Below are positions 54,230 through 64,000 of a DNA stretch of 64,000 nucleotides, piece by piece (within the stretch, counting starts at the first letter, position 1; each line of letters opens with the position of its first letter). The translations under genes were made by a program, and so were the position numbers. Below the pieces are notes generated by a model. It was not told the origin of the DNA, searched no databases, and was given only the letters and a program-made list of their open reading frames with translations. Source of the stretch: Bugula neritina. Taxonomy: Eukaryota; Animalia; Bryozoa. The DNA is taken from assembly GCA_964035545.1 (NCBI GenBank), contig OZ037765.1:8008698-8072697 (forward strand), given 5' to 3'.

Positions 54230-55319
54230 TGTCATAGTATATATCCCTAGGTATTCTCATTCAGGGCAGAGAGTGGCTGCCCTAGTATGTAGCCATAATC
54301 TCTAAAATAGCTTTATTAAATTTGTGTGTATCAGTGTAGAGGAGTTGGGAGATTTATTTGATGGTAAATGCAAGTTTAAAGAAATAATTTTGTGACTGTA
54401 AGCCTATATTGAATGTCTGCTCTTTTTTTTAGTAATAATTACCTAATACGATTATTTAATTCTAATAAAAGCAGTTTGATGTATAAAATTTGTACACCTT
54501 TTTGTTGGTGGTTATTATTAATAACCAATTTTTTTCAATGAACGATGCACTTTTTGTGACTTTAAAAATAATTCTTTGAATATTAATTATATTTTTAAAT
54601 ATGCTACGAATAAAGAGTTCGGTTTAATAAAGCTGCCTGTTTTTATTGAGTTAAACTAGATATTTAAACAATATTTCTTGGTGAAAGTAATATTCAGTAG
54701 CATTGGAGTCATGAATTTTAGTAAATTATGGTATACTGTTTGTACCAGGGCTGTATCTATGTAGTTTCATTAGTAACAAAAGATAACTTTGTTAACTGCA
54801 TGAGTAGTTCTTCAAGGAGAACACATTTAAAATTGTTTTGCTATAAAGATACAGTAATTACTTTATTACAAGATTTATAAACAATGCCAAAGAGGAAATA
54901 CACCAATATAGTGGGTACCTACAAATATTAATGCATTTGGGGTAAAAGTAACAAAAAGGTGTACCAACATTAGGAAAATGGATTTGCCTACACAATATAA
55001 TATAATTATGTAATTTGTAGCAAATAAACTTGGAAACAAGTTGAGGGGAGAAGCAGTACTCGCAGATAATAAAGCTAAATGTAGCTAACAACCTGGCGGT
55101 CTGTTTCTATTGATAGGATGAAGCTTGCCTGAACAAAAGATGAGTGAATGCATCTAGCCAAGTTGCTTTGATGCACTTTAGTATAGCCATTTATAACAGG
55201 AAGACTGTTGCTAAGCTTCTCTAACTAACGGTTCATAAAACACAAAATATTATCTAGTGAAAATAAAAGCCATTAATTAAACTTTCTAGTTGCCTATAGT
55301 TAACATTAATTAATAATAG

Positions 55320-55640
55320 TACACGGTGCGCCAGGGCGGAGCTTTGGCTATGGGTGGGCGGGTCTCATATTGTTAGGTGGTTGTCATCACCATCGTTGCA
55401 TTGCGCGTCGTTTAGATTTAAAGCAGTAGTTCGTGCTGTTACAGCCAGATGTCACTAGACAAATTATAACCTAAGTAATATCACAGTCATATACTTATAA
55501 AGACGCGTGCAAATTTCACTCTGAAGGACTATTCGTACTCTTATAGTTTCTAAGCATGGAGTTAGCAACCTGATTCAGGTACATCCCGGATTTAGTGAAA
55601 CTTAATGCATGTGTAATTGTCACTTCGAAGTTAAAAGCTG
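55320..55640 (+). promoter_or_regulatory. Candidate ADAM promoter / 5'-UTR exon
   Basis: CpG-rich patch with two GC boxes (GGGCGG ~55334 and ~55356) and a donor CTG|GTAAGT at 55641, upstream of the ADAM signal-peptide exon. Confidence 0.4.
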
Positions 55641-57092
55641 GTAAGTTACATTCACATAGGTACTATTAGTATTATTATAAATGATTTATTTGTTCTAATA
55701 GTATCAATATGTTGGTTTGATTAATCAAGCCATAATGATAATGCTACTAGTTTTCTAGAAGTTGTTTGTTAGTTGGTTTTATACTCTCAATACTATATTT
55801 AAGCTGGGCCTGGCCTAAATCTGTACCTTGCATATTTCTCTTTTGATGGACTCAACTTTTATGTGAACCTGAAGGCTATAAAGGCTGTTAATTTTAGTGC
55901 AGGGAATTATTAAATTTAAACATACCATAAAATAGATATGCATTGCAGTGTATAATAAAGCCATATTGATACATTTAACAAATAACAAGATACACCAACA
56001 CTGTCACTTTAAAACTTGGCTATACCAGATCATTTCATGTGTAAGTAAAAAAGTTTAGCCATGAATATTATTATAGAATATAAACCATAACAAATATAGT
56101 TGCATGTATGTATGTAGATTAAGACTACCGTTATGGGGCAAGTATATTATTATTTATTATTAAGCAATTGATTAAAACTAAAAGCACCAGAAGTTTTCTT
56201 TAGTTATAAGATGCTAAAAAATTAAATTAGTGACACTGGCTTTACCCAGTGTTGTCTAGATCTCTTCATTCATGCACCTTGGCTATAACGTATGCTTTTA
56301 ATGAGCAGTTTGAAATGATTTAAAAAATCAGGATAGATAACTTCAATATTATCTGCACAATTATTAGCTGTTACTATTTAATACCTGCAATTTGTCTTCT
56401 TTTGATCTAACCATACAACTGTTTGCTATTGAAAATGCTATGACTTAAAATTTTCAAATTACCTGCCCTTTGGCTACTAAAATTTTATGCAATCTTTTCA
56501 TTGCCCTAAGGCATAGTGGTTTAGCCATTCACTCTCCCTACCCGTAAAACTGGCTAAATTTCTGTAATTTACTTTTAACTTTGCTGTATCTTATAAATCT
56601 GCGGTTTAGTATTCACAGATCTGAATATTTTATTTTAATACTATGCTTGATACTTGGGCTGTATGCTTGCATCGAACTTTTAAATTCTTTAAAACTAGCA
56701 GAATGGATAAATAATAATGTGCACCGTGTGTGGTTAGATACCTGACTCAATAACCTGGTAAACATGCCACCTGCTGGGTAAAGAAATGTTGATGTTGGTT
56801 TAGGTAATTTATAATTCATGGTTTGCTTTTAGAGTTTAACATGTGATTCCTTTGCTTCATATAACTTTTTATGCTTTAAATTTCTGCTAGAACCAGTGAA
56901 ACTCTCTACTCACCTCCTAACTGCAGCCTTTGTTAGTCTCCTTGCTAGATTGGCTAACAAATTGAAATCTTTTATTAAAGTGCAACTAGCAAGTTTTGTC
57001 ATATAACATGTTTGTTCTCTTCAACTGATTCTATAACATTGTAGCTGCAAGAAATAGCTGCTATATATTCACATATTGGGCACCAAAGAAGG

Positions 57093-60000
57093 ATGACTAG
57101 GATAATGTACCAACATCTTTATGTGATCTGCCTGGTTTTAATCAGCAGCAGAGCTCAACCCTTAGAAGGTGAACTCATACTGTATAGATGACATACTGTA
57201 ATACTATGTGTCCAGTGTATTCTCAAGTATGGATGTTGAGCAGGTGTACGGCTGCACGTGAAATGGTTTCTATCAATTGCCTTGTTCATGTGATTTGATA
57301 AGTGGTTTCTGACAAACAAATACGACACTAGCTCTTGATTCCATTCAATGATTAGCTAGTAGTACGCTTTGGGTTAGTGCTTACAATGGCCAGTAGCACC
57401 GAGTCAATAGCCACTCTCTAACAACTTGTTAGGAGTTGAAAGTGGCCATGTTTATTTTTTCTTGAATTCAAAAAGACATTCATACTGCCACTAAACAAAA
57501 GATTTGGTAACACAAAAATGTAAAACCTGAGTGTAACTGGATATTTCTTATGTTAATAGGAGCCAATATTGTCTTGCTCAAAATCATTGGTTTTGGGACT
57601 GTAACTCTTGTTACACTTGTTTAGCTTTTCTTCCTTGGAATAATTTTGCTGTAAACATAATTTTAGGTGAAACAGTAAGAACCAGCAGTAATGTTAAAAT
57701 CCTGTCCAACATTCACATGAATAACAAAACTGTTGAATTATATACTGTTAGAAAAGCAAGTAAGCTTTCCAGTACTGTTTGTAGAAATAATCCAGCCATT
57801 ATTAGACCAGTGTAGTGATACAGCTCTGACAGGCATTTCACTCAGTAGCAGGCAGGCCGCTATATACCCGTTCCTTTTTCTCAACTCATCATTGCAAGCT
57901 ACTCCGCTATCATCTGCATACAACAAAACCTCTAAGGTGAATGTGAAGTTCCAGGCTGTAAAATATCCTATTTCCAACACCAAACACATTGATTTTTTAA
58001 AGCAACCTCATTGTGATAAACTATTATTCAAATATACTACTTTAATTGATGCAAAAAGCATCACAGTGCTGCGAAAACTAAAACCTTTACACTCTTTGTA
58101 CTCTCTGTTTTGACCTAAGATTAAGTAAGACTTAATTGTAAGGAGAATAATAAGGATATAAACTCCTTTTCTTACTGAAGTGCTCTTATCACATGTTTGA
58201 GTAATTGCTTTTTCTATGATAAATTATTATGTATAATTACTGTCCTGGGCATTTCTCTTTGTTCTCCAAACAAAGTAATGAATGCAGGTATATGGAATAT
58301 ATTTATTATTATAGATTTATTTGTGCTGATCTTTACAACTGGCTAAAAAATTCAACAGCAATTTCTCATTAATAACAGAAGCTTCTTTTTTGACTTATTG
58401 ACTATACACCAGTGTTGGGCTAATCAATAGATTCTAATAATGAGATTATTGTTACTTTTAGAAGTACCAAATGGAACCTATGCTTGGATTTAGATATTTA
58501 AACAAGACATATCACATAAAGCTTTTGCTCAACAGGTAAGCAGCAAGTTGACAGCTTTTGGTGTGGGCACTGGTATCGCTCTGCATTGCTATGAATCAAC
58601 ATAACTGTACTGGTCAGTCTATGCTGAGAAATCCCTTGATTTCTGTTTGTATTGTGATGGGTTCTATTGTCTCATTGATGCAGATGTCGGCATTTACACC
58701 TCTTGTATCAAGGGGATTGTTACAAACCATCATTGTTGATTTGAAACCTATCTAAAAAAGCAGACATCCAAACCTTCATGTGGCACCTTGCCATCACATT
58801 CTCTATTTAACCATTAGTTTGTGATTGTTCTACAGCAAAATATCATCTACCCAGAACAGCAGTAGAAGTAGAAACAGCTATGGTACCACAGTAGACCTTC
58901 AGGTGAAATACTAAATTACTTTTCCTGTTGATTACAATGAGTCACTGGTATGTTGAGTTTGAGCAAATCAGCATTATGCAAACCCAAATCAATTGTTTTT
59001 GGGCAAATGCTAGTAAGATTAACCTTAATTTAAAGTTGAAAGAGGTATGAAGAGAAGTCAACGCTACCAGTCATACAGCATAAAGCCGACTGGAAGCACT
59101 TGTTTGTTTGAATAGATATACAAGACACAATACGACTAGACTAACCATATAATTATTAAAAGCTTCATTTAAGTTGCTGAACCAAACTCTTCCTATCATA
59201 TGCTCTTTTGATTTCTAAGTCAAAAGCAGTATTTCCACTCTTAGCCTTGTACAAAATTATCTAGTTTTCTACATTCCTGTCTCCTGAAATATTACCAGCT
59301 AACATTGAGCCTCATCCAAGTTTTTAGTAGCTTTTCAAATAATGAAGAGTTGAATCTTAAAAAGCTGGGCCTATAACTAAGCATACAGCATTTTCTCCCC
59401 AAATATCACTAGTTATAACTTCAATCTGTTCAGTAATAAATAGCAATAAAATATTACATAATAGTCTTAGATACTGTCTGAATTGAGCCAGGTGTGCGTT
59501 ATTCTGTTGATTATATCTATCACCTGTGTCAAATAACATGCTTCTCTTTATTTGCTCATAAGAAAGGGGAGATAATCTACTTCAATCTCTCTATTTTACA
59601 AGAGTATATTATAATATACTACTTACAGCAAAGCTGGAAGTGCTTATCACAACCTTTATAAGAGTCCTGAATGTGTAAATATTAGTTATGTTTATTGTAG
59701 ATATCAAAAAGTTGTTATTACCAAGGAGTGTTTACTAACCCTGATAGCCTGGATGACTACGTTGCACTGTCCATGTGTTCTGGTGTCAGGTTGGTGTAGT
59801 TGATTTGCAGTTGTAGCTTAATTTACAGTTTATGTAATTATTTCTTACAACTATTTACAAACATTAATTTATAAGCTAATGAGTGCCTGTAGTATATTCC
59901 AGTTTCTAAGGTTTCGTATTACCAGGTACACTGGTGGCAGCTCCCTCAGTTGATAATAACTTTACTTGTCCTAGATCCTTTATTGGTAAATGTCTGTGTA

Positions 60001-63000
60001 GATCAGACAAGCTTTATTTCTTAGGGAATAATTTGTTTAAAGATATGATTAGTTGAAACCGGGTCCTGTATGTAACTTAGACAAGAACTGGATATCAAAA
60101 TAATACTTTCAAGAGGAGACCCATTTGTCCTATAATCCTTGCATTAGCATAAATAATTTGAATGTGAACATATTTATACATGTTACTTGCCATCAAGTTT
60201 GTTTACTGCGATGTAATTAGCATAATACTACTACGCATTTATTTGCTGAATGGTTAGTATTGTCCGTCTAGTAATTGGAGAAGTTTGTCTACTAGTTATG
60301 CATATTGATTTTTTGTGTATGTTTGTAAAATTTATTGTTAACAATATCAAAAGGCTGATATTGAACAGTGTATAACATAACATGTACCACAATGCATACT
60401 ATACATGCATATTATGAAGAATACATGAATATAAGTAAATTCCAACAATTTGGATATGCGATTTGACACCTGGCTGATGTTTCACTGTCAAGCATTGATT
60501 AATACTACTCAGTATGTATTTTATAATCTCATTTTTACAGTGGGGTGATGAGAATAAATAAGAAGTTGTTCAGTATAAAACCATTTGACTCGTCCAAAAA
60601 CTCTGAGGTATGTATTCTGTAAGAATAATGAATCTATTAACTTGTTTATTCTCTGGGAAATCAGCTACTATTTTTACTAAATTATTCTATCAACTCACTC
60701 TTTGTACATCCATAGCACAAGGAATTTGCAGGGTAATGAGTAATTTCAACAAAAATATCGTACCAGCTTTAAAACAGCATATAATCAAAATTTTTGTAGC
60801 TTTAATCTACATACTAAAGTTAGATGACTTTATGTACATCTAGCATAAATTAATAGATTTATTTAAAATATTAAAATAAAATGGCTGACAAGTATTTATG
60901 TTTTTAGTTGTGCTGGTTTCATGTACTGACAGAAACACAACACGTGACATCACAATCCTGTATGACAACTGTCAGCCAATGGGAAGCTTTGTCTCAACTG
61001 CATAGCTCAGAGTATTACAGCCGACTCTCTTCTGTGTCCAGGCGCAAGGTATGCGGCTAATATAAAATAATAGAGTACAGTTTCCAATGCATTTCTGTTA
61101 CAGTTTTTCTCCTATATTACAACAAGTTACTTTAAAAACAACATCTAAATTTTAATTAGTATTATAATTATGTACTTGAGTAGTAAATATTTCAGAAAAA
61201 CATTTGAAAAACGCTTTGAAAATATAGGTGCACGATTGTTTATTACAAAAAAATGATCTAAGTGAGTAATTTCCATGATTGACTCAAGAACAGTTAGGTC
61301 AGCAAAAATCGTGTCCTTAGGTATATTATGTTCTCTATAACATCATTTGTGTAAAAACATCAACATATACCTCAGTTTGGAGCACTTTGGTGTTGCTGGC
61401 GGGATAGTTTAACGTGATATACTAATGTAATATAAATAATTTGGTATGTAATATTTGCAATCATCCAATTTCTTTCAAGTTTGCATTCTATTATTTTTAT
61501 AATCATATAATATACAATGCATCATGCTAGAAAAGTTTGATACAGTTATAAAGGATTAATTATTCCAACCAGGTGGTCACCAACAGTGCATCATGGGTAA
61601 GCTAGCATGTTGCTGCTGCTGCATGAGCTCAATTGCCTTCACTCTGCTGCATCTTCTATATGCTGGTGCATCAGCTGTGTTAGGCAGCAACCTCCAACAC
61701 ATCTGTCGTATCAAGGTCTAACATTTTCACCTCTGCTAGCACTTACCTTTTTGGAGCAGATTTTATCAGAATGTAATATTCCTGCAAATTTTGGTTTAGA
61801 ATAACAAATTATGTCTCCTTATATTATTAGAGGCCTCCCTCCACAACATAGTGTGAGTGCAAATAGATTTATGTATGTATTCCTGTCATAACAACGAGGT
61901 CTCAGGGCAATGTCTGTACTCAGTAGGAGTTATGCTTGCAGTTCCACAAGCTATCTTTGGTTATTAATTATATTCTTAGGGGGTAGATACACCATGTAAT
62001 TTATGAGTGCAATCTTGTAGATAAAGAGAAACTTGGAATCTAAAATTCTCAAGATCGCATATGTAGTCGACTTTAATTTGGTGAGTTTGAATTTATAATT
62101 CATGCTCCCCATCAATGTTTGATTGATATGAAAGCAATCATTGGCGTAATACTAAACCATCTTTTTGTTTTAGTTTTTTAAAACGTATGCAAAGTTGTAA
62201 TGTACTAGATGTGGCTGGGTACCACTAATAAACTGTTGTTCAATATTTGAACTCATTTAGTAAATGTACCTTATTTATGCTGTAAAAACAGCAATTTTCT
62301 GAGTGATTTGATGGTATAAAATATTGATTGCATTTTAGAGTGGCTCATTCTTGCATAACACGACAAGAATTCGAGAATATCTACTTGAGATGACAAACCT
62401 CTTAGACTTGGTATGTAATCTTACTATAATTATGTAGATTTATCACTTCACTCCGACACTAATTAATCTGATGAAATTGGCAGCTTCCCAGCAGAGCATG
62501 TGTGCTGATCAAATAGCTGACAAGTGGGCAACAAATAAAGTGTGCAACCAGTAAAAAGATGCTAGTCCACGTATATGTTGCCACAAATATTTTTTGCAAT
62601 ATAAATTGATTACACTTATTCCAAAGTGTTATTAGTTTAGACTTCAAAGTTTTCTATTAATGATGAAAGTTGTATTACTGCGAATAACATGAGTTATTGT
62701 TAACGCAGAGAGCTATATAATTTGCAATTTCCAATGATCTAAATATTATGGTGAAAATGTGTTTTTTTAACGTAATAATTTAATATTTTGTAGTATTACC
62801 AGAGGCTCAATATAAGAGTTAGCTTGGTTTCCTACAAAATCTGGAGTTCTCAAAATGATATACCGGTCGTTGCTAATGCTAGAGAGACGTTGCAAAGTTT
62901 CACTAACTTTATAGAATCAAAGGCTACAGGAAGACAGTATGACGTCATCCACTTGCTGAGGTATTTGCTAGCATATAGTGTTTGATGGCAACAATTAGTT

Positions 63001-64000
63001 TATTGTTTAAAAGTTTTTCACTTCTTTAATATCTAATAAAGTAATACGTATGCATACAATTTGCATACGTATCAAATGGTTATGAGGTTTAACAATTTTT
63101 ATATATATGGAGTTGCTTTCCTTTAAGGTTTCACTACAGATAAATGAAATCTATTATTGATATTTGCTTATGAATCGAAAATATCAGAAAGTAAGTGAAA
63201 TGGAAACTTGAAAAAGCATAAATTTTCATTTATTTTAACTATGCTCATTATGACGCACTATACCAAGCCTATTGCTAGCTGGTAAAATTTGTCATGACAA
63301 TTTATTGAAAAACACTTCAACTCATAACATTGACAACTAATTATGAGACAAAATTTTTATCTCTTTAGAATTTTCTCACATACGTATTCTTTCAAGCAGT
63401 GATACTGTTATGTAATGCTATTAATTATAAACAGAAATAATAAATCTGAATTATTTTATAACTTTTTGACAGTGGCATAAGGTTTGAAGATAATTCAATT
63501 GGCTTAGCAATCCCAGACTCAATATGCACAGATCGAGCAATAGCAGTCATCTCAGCCAAAACTGCAGATATAACTAAGTTATCCAGCATTATAGCTCATA
63601 TGGTTGGCCATAATCTTGGACTACAGCATGATTCACCAGGTGAGTGATTATATATCGTTAGTTTTACTCAATAATTTTCAAAACCATCTCTGACAACAAA
63701 CTACAGATAAGAGTATATTTATTTGTATATTTTATTATTCATATACTTTTTAATTTATTTTATAATGCACAGTTGTGAACTTTTTGAAACTTTCTTTTTT
63801 AGACTGTGAATGTAAAGACAGCTCCGGGACTTGTATAATGAGTAATTCAATGTAAGTAACTGACGATTAATGAAGTATAATTATATTGCTAAAAGATGAA
63901 TCTACCTAATTTTTGCAACTTCATATTTACTCGTGTGTTTACAGAGGGGATGAAGTGCCCTACCTCTTCTCATCCTGCAGTAGCCACAGACTACAGCTGC
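57093..64000 (+). CDS. ADAM-family protein, non-catalytic mind-meld/UNC-71-like, 3' partial
   Basis: Signal-peptide exon 57093-57168. Prodomain exons TYHIKLLLN, SCYYQG..VALSMCSG, GVMRINKKLFSIKP. Furin-like RRK|IKR. Reprolysin domain KIAYVVD, YYQRLNIRVSL, YDVIHLLSG, GLAIPDSICT, AHMVGHNLGLQHD (63594-63632), Met-turn CIM, FSSCS. Confidence 0.88.

Noticed and set aside
57738-57989. LLYADD as a reverse-transcriptase motif
   Set aside because: No flanking RT motifs (QG, KAFD, YLG) were found at the expected spacing.

Overview
This is AT-rich, intron-dense animal genomic DNA, probably an invertebrate; the taxon cannot be determined here. Gene order: 5'-truncated RTE-type LINE remnant (-), lanosterol synthase LSS (+), NHLRC2 (-), FGD6-like RhoGEF (+), a decayed AcademX DNA transposon, ELOVL fatty-acid elongase (+), RPS10 (-) hosting two paralogous C/D snoRNA candidates, PITRM1 (+), and a catalytically dead ADAM of the mind-meld/UNC-71 type (+, runs off the right edge). 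There are also three copies of a tRNA-derived SINE, one MITE and several minisatellites. The most notable observations are: (1) the Academ element is a fold-back with 1190-bp inverted arms that include the 3' end of its own transposase gene, and probably lies in the ELOVL 5'-UTR intron, making it a candidate 'Mu killer'-like hairpin silencer; (2) non-coding 3-nt-periodic tracts flank three gene 5' regions; (3) a SINE insertion duplicated a PITRM1 splice acceptor. Exon boundaries were read by eye and may be off by a few nt.
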